Positions 10,217 through 19,324 of a stretch of DNA of 64,000 nt are shown here, piece by piece (position 1 is the first letter of the stretch; each line of letters begins with the position of its first letter). Source of the DNA: Clostridia bacterium (GTDB lineage Bacteria > Bacillota > Clostridia > Monoglobales > Monoglobaceae); NCBI GenBank assembly GCA_017397725.1, contig JAFQIA010000005.1, forward strand, positions 3,784 through 67,783. Reading direction: 5' to 3'. Made by a program: the position numbers and the translations under genes. Below the pieces are notes generated by a model. That model searched no databases. It saw only the letters and a list, made by a program, of their open reading frames with translations, and was not told the DNA's origin.

Positions 10217-10571
10217 ATGACTTGATTTTCGGTTTGAAGAAGAGTGCCATCAAAAAGCCAAAGACGATGGAGGCAGTGATTCCCCCGGCAGCCGCTCTGG
10301 CACCTCCGGTCAGAATGCCCAAAAAGCCTTGCTCGTCTACGCCCTTGATTGCGCCTTGGGCAAGCACATTCCCAAATCCCACAATTGGCACAGTGGCACC
10401 TGCTCCTGCAAAGTTCACAATGGGTTCATAGAGCCCTAAGCCTCCCAAAACCGTTCCGGTCACCACGAACAAAACCAGAATGCGGGCAGGGGTCAACTTG
10501 GTTTTGTCAATGAGAATCTGGGCAATGGCGCAAATCAAACCGCCAACCCAAAAGGCGTTCAGGTATTGCAT
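10215..10571 (-). CDS. spoVAE: Stage V sporulation protein AE (SpoVAEb type)
   Basis: YLNAFWVGGLICAIAQILIDKTKLTPARILV, FAGAGATVPI.GFG; operon order AC-AD-AE. Confidence 0.93.
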   Translation of the reverse strand: MQYLNAFWVGGLICAIAQILIDKTKLTPARILVLFVVTGTVLGGLGLYEPIVNFAGAGATVPIVGFGNVLAQGAIKGVDEQGFLGILTGGARAAAGGITASIVFGFLMALFFKPKIKS

Positions 10572-10575
10572 ATGG

Positions 10576-11589
10576 TCACTCCTTTCCTGAAATTGCAACG
10601 AGATGGGCAATCCCCGGCACCGACTCCCCTTGCAGACCAGAAGTGGTGCTCAAAAGTGCCCCTGTCCCGATTGCCAGAATCCGACGAAATTCCCCTCGCT
10701 GCATGGCAGGGAGAATATGTCCGCATAGTACCGAGGCAATACATCCGCAACCGCTTCCGCCTGCGTGGACATCTTGTGTGTCAAGGTCATAAATCATACA
10801 CCCACCATCGTTGTAGTTGTCGGTAATATCAAACCCCTCATTTTGCATCAAATCAATCAGGACATCTCTGCCTACTGTTCCCAAATCTCCGGTGAGAATC
10901 AGGTCATAATCGGCGGGACTCAATCCGGTATCCTGAAAATGGGTCAGCAGGGTATCAAAAGCGGCAGGTGCCATAGCCCCGCCCATATTGTTGGCATCCT
11001 TAACCCCCATATCCATAATCTTCCCTGTGGTGATATGGGTGATATGCGGAACATCGACAGTTTTTCCCAATACTGCGGCACCGGATCCGGTCACCGTCCA
11101 TTGGGCGGTGGGGGTGCGTTGCCCGCCATATTCTAAAGGCATCCGATACTGGCGTTCTGCGGTACAGAAGTGGCTGGAGGTCACAGCGACGGCGTGGTCG
11201 GCAAAGCCTCCGTCAATCAGCATGGATGCAAGACTCAAACCCTCTATCATCGTTGAGCAGGCGCCATAGATGCCAAAATAGGGGATGTGAAGTTCCCTAA
11301 GACCAAAGCCTGCGCCGATGCACTGATTCAATAAGTCTCCAGCAAAGATATAGTGCATATCCGAGAGAGCAAGTCCGGCTTTTTGGATCGCCAGACGCAC
11401 CGCTTCTTTTTGCATCTTGCTTTCGGTTTTTTCCCAAGTTTCTTCGTTCCATTCGGCATCCGCCATAATCACATCAAAATCGCTGCCCAAAGGACCGTCC
11501 TTTTCTTTTTGTCCGGCAATGGAGGCAGAGGCAAGGATGCCTACCGGATGCTCCAGACGAACAGTTTGTTTTCCGATTCGTTTTCCCAT
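10576..11589 (-). CDS. spoVAD: Stage V sporulation protein AD
   Basis: AGDLLNQC, GACSTM, SSHFCTAERQYR.PLEYGGQR, GGSGCGC. Confidence 0.95.
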   Translation of the reverse strand: MGKRIGKQTVRLEHPVGILASASIAGQKEKDGPLGSDFDVIMADAEWNEETWEKTESKMQKEAVRLAIQKAGLALSDMHYIFAGDLLNQCIGAGFGLRELHIPYFGIYGACSTMIEGLSLASMLIDGGFADHAVAVTSSHFCTAERQYRMPLEYGGQRTPTAQWTVTGSGAAVLGKTVDVPHITHITTGKIMDMGVKDANNMGGAMAPAAFDTLLTHFQDTGLSPADYDLILTGDLGTVGRDVLIDLMQNEGFDITDNYNDGGCMIYDLDTQDVHAGGSGCGCIASVLCGHILPAMQRGEFRRILAIGTGALLSTTSGLQGESVPGIAHLVAISGKE

Positions 11590-11593
11590 TGTG

Positions 11594-12046
11594 TTATCCT
11601 CCCAACTGTTTGATGATGAAGTAGATGAGCCCCACCCCCGCAGATGCGGTGATGCCATAGACCAGCACAGGACCTGCAATCACAAACATTTTGGATGCAA
11701 GTCCCAATACCAACCCCTCTTTTTTGAATTCAATGGCAGGAGAAACAATGGCATTGGCAAAACCGGTGATAGGGACCAGCGTTCCCGCACCGGCATACTT
11801 GGCAAGCTTGCAGTAGATGTCAAGGCCCGTCAAAAGTGCACCCAGAAAAATCATGGTAATGCTGACGGCGGTACGTGCCATTTCTGAATCCATCGAAAAG
11901 GTGTTCTGATAAAGATTCAAAAAAAATTGCCCGATGGTACAGATTCCTCCGCCAAACAGAAAGGCGAAGATGGTATCCTTCCATAAAGGGCTGTTGGGAG
12001 ATTTTTGTTCCAGATATTTCAAATATTCCTGCTTTGTGTACTGCAT
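11594..12046 (-). CDS. spoVAC: Stage V sporulation protein AC
   Basis: AFLFGGGICTIGQ, AGAGTLVPITGFANAIVSPAIEFKKEG; start MQYTK after AAGGAGG. Confidence 0.95.
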   Translation of the reverse strand: MQYTKQEYLKYLEQKSPNSPLWKDTIFAFLFGGGICTIGQFFLNLYQNTFSMDSEMARTAVSITMIFLGALLTGLDIYCKLAKYAGAGTLVPITGFANAIVSPAIEFKKEGLVLGLASKMFVIAGPVLVYGITASAGVGLIYFIIKQLGG

Positions 12047-12067
12047 AATAACCTCCTTATCTTTTTG

Positions 12068-12096
12068 TAGTATCTGCCAAAGACGGAGAATTATGC
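12068..12096 (-). promoter_or_regulatory. Putative forespore sigma-G-type promoter of spoVA
   Basis: Minus strand GCATA-N17-GATACTA just upstream of the spoVAC SD; resembles the GNATA/CATACTA consensus, and spoVA is a known sigma-G target. Confidence 0.5.
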
Positions 12097-12097
12097 T

Positions 12098-12148
12098 CAA
12101 AAAAAGAAGTGACCCTTGACTGCTTCCCGCAATCAAGGGTCACTTCTG
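12098..12148 (-). terminator. Intrinsic terminator (minus strand) insulating spoVA
   Basis: Minus strand AGAAGTGACCCTTGA...TCAAGGGTCACTTCT followed by a T-run. Confidence 0.8.
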
Positions 12149-12463
12149 CTCGTTCTTGATATCTAACATCTTTGGTTAACCTCTCTTTCTTAAATTCCTT
12201 TTGCATCTCATCCTTACTTCAAACACACACTCTTTTTTCACATTCTTTCATAAGAATAACTTTTGTTTTTTTTGATGTTGACTGCAAAAGGTGGAAGGGG
12301 TGACTTTTTTTGAAATCGATTCCGAGCTTAAAAGGGTTTTTATTACAATCTATATCAAGCGTAACACCGCCGTGTATTTTTCAAATTTTCAAACCCGAAT
12401 CTGGTTTCATCAAAGTCATCGATTTACCGGTACATTGGATTGCACCTCCCTTTCTTTGATTCT

Positions 12464-12492
12464 ACTATACCACAGATTTTCAGCCTTTGCAA
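12464..12492 (-). promoter_or_regulatory. Sigma-A-type promoter of an ORF-less minus-strand transcript
   Basis: TTGCAA-N17-TATAGT with extended TG, followed by SD GAAAGGGAGGTG. Confidence 0.55.
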
Positions 12493-12674
12493 TTGACATC
12501 TTCACACAAATCAAACCCCCTGTTTTGTGGAAATAAGAGAAAATCTTTTTAGGGTATTTACAAATGGATTTTGAATGTGTTATAATAAATCTTGTAGTGC
12601 AAAAACGAAATGACAATTTTCTTGCAAAATTGTCATTTTCTTTTTGCACAAAGTCAAGGATTTGAGGAATTTGT

Positions 12675-13589
12675 ATGAATCTGTATTTTGCGCCGATGGA
12701 GGGCATCACGACCTATACCTACCGAAACACCCATGCCGAGCTTTTTGGAATGTGTGACAGGTATTTTGCGCCCTTTATTGTGCCTACCGACAATGAGCGG
12801 CTCAGCATCAAGAGTATGCGGGACATTCTACCTCAAAACAATGATGTTCAGCCTGTGCCTCAGGTGATGTGCAGCAGTCCCAAAGCGTTTTTGGAGTTTT
12901 GTAAAAAGATTCAGGAAATCGGTTATGATTCGGTAAATTTGAACCTTGGCTGTCCTTCCGGCACGGTGGTAAAAAAGAGACGGGGCTCCGGTGCACTGAA
13001 GGACCCGGAGGCGTTGGATGCCTTTTTGGATGAAATTTTTTCTTCCGTAGATATCAAAATATCGGTGAAAACCAGAACCGGCTTTTATTCCCACGAGGAG
13101 TTTGATGCACTGCTTCAGGTCTATCACAAATACCCCATCACCGAACTGATTGTTCACCCCAGAGTGCGGGAGGAGTTTTATAAGGGAGTCCCCAACCGCC
13201 AAGCCTTTGACAAAGTCTATGCGGGAGTGCCCTTTCCCCTTTGCTATAACGGAAATATTTTTCAGGCAGAGGACTATACAGAAATTGCAAACAGCTACCC
13301 CAATTTAAGCGGGGTTATGATTGGAAGAGGTGCCATACAAAATCCGGCAATCTTTCGGGAAATCAAGGGTGGAAAACCTTTAGAAACCCAGGAATTGATT
13401 CGGTTTTCCAAGCTTTTACAGGAGCGGTATCTGACCTTGCTGCAATCAGAGGTGTATACCCTTCATCGACTTAAGGAAATCTGGCTGTCGATGATTCTGA
13501 ATTTCCCTGAGGAGAAAAAGATTGCCAAAGCGGTGAAGAAGTCCGCAACCTTAGACGATTTGAATCGGGCAATTGTTTGCCTGCCATAA
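12675..13589 (+). CDS. tRNA-dihydrouridine synthase (Dus) family protein
   Basis: YFAPMEGIT, VNLNLGCPSGTV, SVKTR.G, IVHPR, YNGNI, VMIGRGA..NP. Confidence 0.88.
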   Translation: MNLYFAPMEGITTYTYRNTHAELFGMCDRYFAPFIVPTDNERLSIKSMRDILPQNNDVQPVPQVMCSSPKAFLEFCKKIQEIGYDSVNLNLGCPSGTVVKKRRGSGALKDPEALDAFLDEIFSSVDIKISVKTRTGFYSHEEFDALLQVYHKYPITELIVHPRVREEFYKGVPNRQAFDKVYAGVPFPLCYNGNIFQAEDYTEIANSYPNLSGVMIGRGAIQNPAIFREIKGGKPLETQELIRFSKLLQERYLTLLQSEVYTLHRLKEIWLSMILNFPEEKKIAKAVKKSATLDDLNRAIVCLP

Positions 13590-13604
13590 AAACTTTATAA
13601 ACCA

Positions 13605-13634
13605 CAAAGCCTCTGCAATCGCAGAGGCTTTTGT
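13605..13634. terminator. Bidirectional intrinsic terminator
   Basis: AAAGCCTCTGC-AATC-GCAGAGGCTTT between convergent genes. Confidence 0.75.
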
Positions 13635-14425
13635 TATTGTTCGTTTGGGTCAATGTCATATTGGGGAATAAATTTGGATGCAAAAACACCTTTGTTTCTG
13701 CCAATCAGATAGAAATAGCCGATCGTGGAAAAAACCGTAGCACCGATGCAGTTCACAATCAAATCCTTCATGGTATCAATGATACCAATGTCCAGATATC
13801 CTCCGGAAATGGTGCAAAGCTCCTTTCCGTTTTGAAAATGGAGATCGGTGGATGTAATTTGAGAAAAAGCAACCGGATCATTGAGCCCATCAGGGTTGAG
13901 GGTAACCGAGGCAAGGCTGGTAATAAACCGGTCTTTTTGCATATCGGTTCCCGTGAGCATATCCATGCCAAATTCAAAGAATTCCCAAAAAACACCGATG
14001 GTCATAGAAATACAAAAGGCAACCACGGCCACAAACACCGGTGACAGGTTGATGTGGAATTTGGGTGAGTTGTTGAGAATGTCGATGAGGGCAAACCCGA
14101 TGGCCGCCATCAAAAAACCGTTGATGGTGTGGAGCATGGTGTCCCACCAAGTGATTTGGTTGTAAAAGTTGCCGATTTCCCCCAAAATTTCTGCCGCAAA
14201 AATGAAAAGCAGAATGACGACTTCTAATTCACGGGGGAGGGTGACCTTGAAAAATTTGTTTGCAAATTGAGGAATATTAAACAAGAGCAAGGTCAAAAGG
14301 CACAAAAAGACCGAATGGTAATCGGCTCGCAAAAAGCGAGCAACCAGAACCAACAGAACAATGACGCTGAGGACAATGTGTAATATGCTTCGTTTTCTTG
14401 ATGTGCTTGGAAGTTTGTCTTTCAT
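13634..14425 (-). CDS. Conserved hypothetical integral membrane protein
   Basis: Multiple TM helices; WWDTMLH, GVFWEFFEF and DTMKDLIVN..GA motifs. Confidence 0.8.
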   Translation of the reverse strand: MKDKLPSTSRKRSILHIVLSVIVLLVLVARFLRADYHSVFLCLLTLLLFNIPQFANKFFKVTLPRELEVVILLFIFAAEILGEIGNFYNQITWWDTMLHTINGFLMAAIGFALIDILNNSPKFHINLSPVFVAVVAFCISMTIGVFWEFFEFGMDMLTGTDMQKDRFITSLASVTLNPDGLNDPVAFSQITSTDLHFQNGKELCTISGGYLDIGIIDTMKDLIVNCIGATVFSTIGYFYLIGRNKGVFASKFIPQYDIDPNEQ

Positions 14426-14520
14426 TGCAATCTACCTCTCAATGTATGTAATGTTACACATTTTAATACAAATATTCCCCAAAGTCAACCAAAGAGAGAA
14501 AAGGTTAACAATAAAGTGAC

Positions 14521-14549
14521 TTGACAGCAGGAAAAATTTGCGTTATAAT
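14521..14549 (+). promoter_or_regulatory. Consensus sigma-A promoter
   Basis: TTGACA-N17-TATAAT, perfect. Confidence 0.85.
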
Positions 14550-14571
14550 ACATAGAAATAAAAGATAGGTA

Positions 14572-14662
14572 CATACTAAAGGGAGTAGTTCAAAGCAGTT
14601 TGTCGTCAACACGGCTATGGGCCCGGCAATCTGCACCCAAGCGGTGACAAGACTTTCGTATG
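14572..14662 (+). ncRNA. yybP-ykoY (Mn2+-sensing) riboswitch aptamer
   Basis: AAAGGGAGTAG ... GTCGTCAACACG ... CCGGC ... GACAAGACTTT conserved elements; P1 formed by CATAC-T-AAAG / CTTT-C-GTATG; upstream of a P-type ATPase, the classic context. Confidence 0.85.
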
Positions 14663-14700
14663 ACTGCATTGCTATGCGGTCATTGCGGGAGTTTTTTTAT
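14653..14700 (+). terminator. Riboswitch expression-platform terminator
   Basis: CTTTCGTATGACTGCAT...ATGCGGTCATTGCGGGAG + TTTTTTT; its 5' arm overlaps the 3' strand of P1. Confidence 0.8.
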
Positions 14701-14720
14701 TACATAAATGAGAAAGGAGT

Positions 14721-17330
14721 ATGGGTATGGAATACTTTAACCTGAGCGTGGAGGAAACGGTGGTGCGGTTGCAGACATCGACCAATGGCTTGACGGAAGA
14801 AGAGGTTCAAAACCGAAAAGAGAGATATGGAAGGAATCGGCTGGAAAGCGAAAAGAAAAAGAGCGTCCTGCAAATTTTCTTGGAACAGTTTAAAGATTTG
14901 CTGATCCTCATTTTGATTGTGGCAGGTGTTATTTCCGCCTTTTCCGGACAGATGGAAAGCACAGCGGTGATTTTTGCGGTGATTATCCTGAATGCAATTT
15001 TAGGCACAGTACAATATCTCAAGGCAGAAAAAACGCTGGAGGGGCTGAAACAGCTTTCGGCGCCCATTGCCAAGGTGCTTAGAAATAATATCAGACAGGA
15101 GATTCCGTCAGAGAATCTGGTGCCCGGTGACATTTTGATTCTGGAGGCGGGGGATTTGGTGACGGCGGATGCCAGAATTTTGGAAAATTATTCCCTCAAG
15201 GTGAACGAAAGCTCTTTGACCGGCGAATCGGAACCAGTGGAAAAAACTGCAGATGCGATTCAGGAGCAAAAGGTGGCGTTGGGTGACCGTAAAAATATGG
15301 TGTTCTCAGGTTCTTTGGTTACTTACGGCAGAGCGGTGGCGGTGGTAACCGGAACCGGTATGCAGACCGAGCTTGGCAAGATTGCATCGCTACTCAATCA
15401 GACCGTCCAGAGAAAAACACCCCTCCAACAGAGTATGGATAAATTCAGCCAAAAGCTGGCTATCATTATTCTTGGGATTTGCGTGTTGGTGTTTGGGCTC
15501 TCTTTGTATAACCAAATGCCGGTGATGGATGCACTTTTATTTGCGGTGGCTTTGGCAGTTGCGGCAATTCCGGAGGCGCTGAGCTCTATCATTACCATCG
15601 TACTTGCCATTGGGACCGGAAAGATGGCAAAAGAAAATGCGGTGATGAAAGACCTCAAGGCGGTAGAGAGCTTAGGTTGTGTTTCGGTGATTTGCTCGGA
15701 TAAGACAGGCACCCTGACCCAGAATCGCATGGTGGTTCAGGAAATGTATGCCGGAGGAAAGTTCTTCCGCCAGGAAGCTTTGGATTTGACCAGCAATGCG
15801 CAGTATATGCTTTTAAAGGAGGCGATTCTGGTCAATGACGCCCAAGTGGTAGACGGCAAAGAATTGGGCGATCCCACGGAAACGGCGTTGGTTTCTATGG
15901 CGGCAGAGTTTGGCGTTGATGCAGTGGAGTATCGAAATCAGCATCCCCGAATTGCAGAGATTGCCTTTGATTCAGACCGCAAGCTGATGAGTACCCTGCA
16001 TCAAATGGAAGAGGGAAATGTCCTCTGTACCAAGGGTGCGGTGGATGTGATTTTGGGGCGTGTGACCCGAATTTTGACCGAGGATGGTGTAAAACCCATC
16101 ACCTTAGAAGATGTTCAAAAAATTACCGATGCCAATCAGTCCTTGTCTGAAAAAGGACTGCGGGTTCTTTGTATTGCATTGCGGAGCCTTGGGGACCGAA
16201 CCGAAATTTCTTTGGAGGACGAGCAAGATTATACCTTTGTGGGTTTGATTTCTATGATGGATCCTCCAAGAACAGAGGCCATGCAGGCGGTTTTGGATGC
16301 CAAGCGTGGGGGAATCAAGACGGTGATGATTACCGGCGACCATAAGATTACGGCATCTGCCATTGCAAGACAGATTGGGATTATGGAAGAGGGTGACCTT
16401 GCGGTGGAGGGCACCGAACTGGATGCCATGACTGATGAGGAGCTGGCAGAAAAGCTGGAACGGATTCGGGTTTATGCCAGAGTTTCGCCGGAACATAAAA
16501 TTCGTATTGTGAGAATGTGGCAGGAAAAGGGAAAGATTGTATCCATGACCGGTGACGGTGTCAACGATGCACCGGCGCTAAAACGGGCGGATATTGGTGT
16601 TGCCATGGGTATCACCGGAACCGAAGTTGCCAAGGATGCGGCGTCGATGATTCTGACCGATGACAACTTTGCGACCATTGTGAAAGCGGTAGTGAACGGA
16701 AGAGGCGTCTATGCCAATATCAAGAATGCCATTGGCTTTTTGCTCTCGGGCAATACGGCAGGAATTATTACCGTGCTGATTACCTCTTTGTTGGGACTAC
16801 CGGTTCCTTTTATGGCGGTGCATCTGCTTTTTATCAATTTGCTTACTGACAGCTTGCCTGCCATTGCTATCGGTATGGAACCTACTCGTGATAACCTTTT
16901 AGACCAACCACCCCGAGATTCCAAAGAAGGAATTTTAAACAAAAAGAGCTTTTTGACCATTGGTATACAAGGTGTGTTGATTGGGGCGGTCACTCTTGGC
17001 GCATATTTTGCGGGACTTTCTCAAACCCCTGAGATGGCAAGAACTATGGCGTTTGCAACACTGACCTTGGCACGCTTGTTTCACGGGTTCAACTGTCGGG
17101 GCGAAGAATCTCTGTTTGCCCTAAAGCTTTGGAGCAACAAAGCAAGCGTAGGCGCGTTCTTTTTGGGAGTCCTGTTATTGGGACTGGTGTTCCTGATTCC
17201 AGGACTGCGGAGTCTGTTTGCGGCGGAGGCACTTTCTGCGATGCAGGTAGGAATGATTGGAATTTTGGCGCTGCTCCCCACCGTTGTGATTCAGGCAGGA
17301 AAGATGATTGGAACTTTTGGAAAAAAATAA
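14721..17330 (+). CDS. Cation-translocating P-type ATPase (P2A, YoaB/MgtA-like; likely Mn2+/Ca2+ export)
   Basis: LTGES, AIPEAL, CSDKTGTLT, KGA, MITGDH, MTGDGVNDAPAL, NLLTDSLPA. Confidence 0.93.
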   Translation: MGMEYFNLSVEETVVRLQTSTNGLTEEEVQNRKERYGRNRLESEKKKSVLQIFLEQFKDLLILILIVAGVISAFSGQMESTAVIFAVIILNAILGTVQYLKAEKTLEGLKQLSAPIAKVLRNNIRQEIPSENLVPGDILILEAGDLVTADARILENYSLKVNESSLTGESEPVEKTADAIQEQKVALGDRKNMVFSGSLVTYGRAVAVVTGTGMQTELGKIASLLNQTVQRKTPLQQSMDKFSQKLAIIILGICVLVFGLSLYNQMPVMDALLFAVALAVAAIPEALSSIITIVLAIGTGKMAKENAVMKDLKAVESLGCVSVICSDKTGTLTQNRMVVQEMYAGGKFFRQEALDLTSNAQYMLLKEAILVNDAQVVDGKELGDPTETALVSMAAEFGVDAVEYRNQHPRIAEIAFDSDRKLMSTLHQMEEGNVLCTKGAVDVILGRVTRILTEDGVKPITLEDVQKITDANQSLSEKGLRVLCIALRSLGDRTEISLEDEQDYTFVGLISMMDPPRTEAMQAVLDAKRGGIKTVMITGDHKITASAIARQIGIMEEGDLAVEGTELDAMTDEELAEKLERIRVYARVSPEHKIRIVRMWQEKGKIVSMTGDGVNDAPALKRADIGVAMGITGTEVAKDAASMILTDDNFATIVKAVVNGRGVYANIKNAIGFLLSGNTAGIITVLITSLLGLPVPFMAVHLLFINLLTDSLPAIAIGMEPTRDNLLDQPPRDSKEGILNKKSFLTIGIQGVLIGAVTLGAYFAGLSQTPEMARTMAFATLTLARLFHGFNCRGEESLFALKLWSNKASVGAFFLGVLLLGLVFLIPGLRSLFAAEALSAMQVGMIGILALLPTVVIQAGKMIGTFGKK

Positions 17331-17350
17331 AAGAAAATTTAAAAAAAGAC

Positions 17351-17379
17351 TTGACAAAACCGAGGCATCTTATTATAAT
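17351..17379 (+). promoter_or_regulatory. Sigma-A promoter of the tRNA pair
   Basis: TTGACA-N17-TATAAT with an A-rich UP element. Confidence 0.85.
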
Positions 17380-17423
17380 AAGTGAGTTGGCACGATTTAG
17401 GTGCGAACGATGCCTCGGAAGAT

Positions 17424-17507
17424 GCGAGCATGCTGGAATCGGCAGACAGGCACGTTTGAGGGGCGTGTGCTTATGGCGTGTGGGTTCAAGTCCCACTGCT
17501 CGCACCA
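17424..17507 (+). tRNA. tRNA-Leu (anticodon GAG)
   Basis: Acceptor GCGAGCA/TGCTCGC + ACCA, D-arm GGCAGAC, anticodon loop TT-GAG-GG, long variable arm, GGTTCAAGTCC. Confidence 0.93.
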
Positions 17508-17512
17508 TATAT

Positions 17513-17586
17513 TGCCTGATTGTGTAAGGGTAGCACAAATGACTCTGACTCATTTTGTTCGGGTTCGAATCCTGATCAGGCAGCCA
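17513..17586 (+). tRNA. tRNA-Gln (anticodon CTG)
   Basis: Acceptor TGCCTGA/TCAGGCA + GCCA, anticodon loop CT-CTG-AC, GGTTCGAATCC. Confidence 0.93.
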
Positions 17587-17588
17587 TG

Positions 17589-17619
17589 AAAAGCACCGAC
17601 TTTTGTCGGTGCTTTTTTC
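17589..17619 (+). terminator. Intrinsic terminator after the tRNAs
   Basis: AAAAGCACCGAC-TTTT-GTCGGTGCTTTTTT. Confidence 0.9.
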
Positions 17620-17681
17620 AATAAATTGACTTACCACATAGGAACGTTTATCATATAATATAGAAATTGGAGGTGCCTAGT

Positions 17682-18614
17682 ATGGTGTATGAAAACATTT
17701 TAGGAGCCATTGGAAACACACCTATGGTGAAACTTAACAGACTTTCACCTGAAGACGGAGCGGATATTCTGGTTAAGATAGAAGGATTGAATGTAGGCGG
17801 ATCCATCAAAACCAGAACCGCCTATAATATGATTAAGGATGCAGAGGCCAAGGGAAAGTTAACACTCGACTCGGTAATCGTAGAGCCTACCAGCGGTAAC
17901 CAGGGAATTGGACTTGCGTTGGTCGGTGCGGTTCTTGGCTACAAGACCAAGATTATTATGCCGGATTCTGTTAGTGAGGAACGGAGAAAATTGGTCAAGC
18001 ACTATGGTGCAGAGGTAATTTTGGTACACGATGCCGGCAACATCGGTGCCTGTATTGAAGAATGTTTGCAGATGGCACTGGCTATGGAACAAGAAGACCC
18101 CAATGTGTTTGTGCCGCAACAATTTGAGAATCCTGCCAATGTAGAAATACAGCGAATCCAGACAGGAAAGGAAATTTTGGAACAGGTGGGAGGTCCCATT
18201 CACGGATTCTGTTCCGGTATCGGCACCGGAGGAACTATCACCGGAATCGGAGAAACCCTGAAAGCGGAAAACCCGGATATGACCATCTGGGCAGTAGAGC
18301 CGGAAGATGCGGCAATTTTGTCCGGCGGTTCTATCGGCACACATTTGCAGATGGGTATCGGTGACGGGATTATTCCTGAGATACTGAACCAGGATATTTA
18401 TGATGACATTTGTATCGTCAAGGATGAAGAGGCAATCCAAATTTCCAAGGATTTGGCGTCAAAAGAAGGAATTATGTGCGGAATTTCCAGCGGAACCAAT
18501 GTAGCAGCGGCGATTCAACTTGCGAAAAAGCTGGGCAAAGGCAAAACGGTGGTTACTGTCCTTCCGGACACTGCGGAGCGATATTTTTCCACACCGCTTT
18601 TTGAAAACGAGTAA
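17682..18614 (+). CDS. cysK: PLP-dependent cysteine synthase family protein
   Basis: IGNTPMV, GGSIK(PLP-Lys)TR, EPTSGNQG, QQFENPAN, GIGTGGT, GISSG, PDTAERYFS; start after GGAGGTG. Confidence 0.8.
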   Translation: MVYENILGAIGNTPMVKLNRLSPEDGADILVKIEGLNVGGSIKTRTAYNMIKDAEAKGKLTLDSVIVEPTSGNQGIGLALVGAVLGYKTKIIMPDSVSEERRKLVKHYGAEVILVHDAGNIGACIEECLQMALAMEQEDPNVFVPQQFENPANVEIQRIQTGKEILEQVGGPIHGFCSGIGTGGTITGIGETLKAENPDMTIWAVEPEDAAILSGGSIGTHLQMGIGDGIIPEILNQDIYDDICIVKDEEAIQISKDLASKEGIMCGISSGTNVAAAIQLAKKLGKGKTVVTVLPDTAERYFSTPLFENE

Positions 18615-18648
18615 GTAAAAAGTTTGCTCGGTGGAAGAAGGAGAAACT

Positions 18649-19233
18649 ATGGCAAAGAAGAATGAAAGAAATACCAAAGGGAAGATTATCAATGCGGCGT
18701 GGGATTTGTTCTATGAGCAGGGATATGAGGACACCACGGTAGAAGAGATTATCGAAAAATCCGGAACCTCCAAAGGGTCATTTTATCACTATTTTGAAGG
18801 CAAGGATGCGCTCCTTGGTTCTTTGTCCTATATCTTTGATGAGGAGTATCTCAAACTGCAAAACAGTATGCCGGAAGAAATGGGGAGCTTTGAAAAGCTT
18901 TTATTCTTGAATAATCGCCTGTTTTCTATGATTGAGGATCGCATCGATATCGACCTTTTGACCAGACTTTATTCCACCCAGTTGATTACCAAAGGAGAAA
19001 AGCATCTACTTGACAACAAGCGTCTTTATTACAAGTTGTTGAAAAAAATTGTCGCGGAAGGTCAGCAGAACAAAGAACTGACCGACAAGATGACCGCTAA
19101 CGAAATTGTCAAGTTTTATGCAATGGGGGAGCGGGCGTTGATTTATGACTGGTGTCTTTGCAATGGAGAGTACTCCCTGTCTTCCTATGCGCAGAAGATG
19201 ATGCCTATGTTTTTGTCAGAAATTCGTCGGTAA
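18649..19233 (+). CDS. TetR/AcrR-family regulator
   Basis: IINAAWDLFYEQGYEDTTVEEII..SGTSKGSFYHYF.GKD HTH. Confidence 0.92.
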   Translation: MAKKNERNTKGKIINAAWDLFYEQGYEDTTVEEIIEKSGTSKGSFYHYFEGKDALLGSLSYIFDEEYLKLQNSMPEEMGSFEKLLFLNNRLFSMIEDRIDIDLLTRLYSTQLITKGEKHLLDNKRLYYKLLKKIVAEGQQNKELTDKMTANEIVKFYAMGERALIYDWCLCNGEYSLSSYAQKMMPMFLSEIRR

Positions 19234-19278
19234 ATCGTCTTTTTGTTTTTCTTGGAAAAATAAATATTTAAACTCAAA

Positions 19279-19324
19279 AACAGAGAACTAAGTATAGAAT
19301 ACAGTCTATACTTAGTTCTCTGTT
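19279..19324. repeat. Perfect 20-bp inverted repeat (terminator and/or operator)
   Basis: AACAGAGAACTAAGTATAGA-ATACAG-TCTATACTTAGTTCTCTGTT, overlapping the -35 of TTGATT-N17-TATAAT (19323-19351). Confidence 0.8.

Noticed and set aside
12291-12709. Short ORFs 12291..12536 (+) and 12416..12709 (-) as genes
   Set aside because: No convincing SD or motifs; they overlap promoter elements and the dus start
17424-17619. tRNA-anchored genomic island or prophage att site
   Set aside because: No integrase adjacent, and I saw no duplicated tRNA 3' end in the window; the terminator and cysK follow directly
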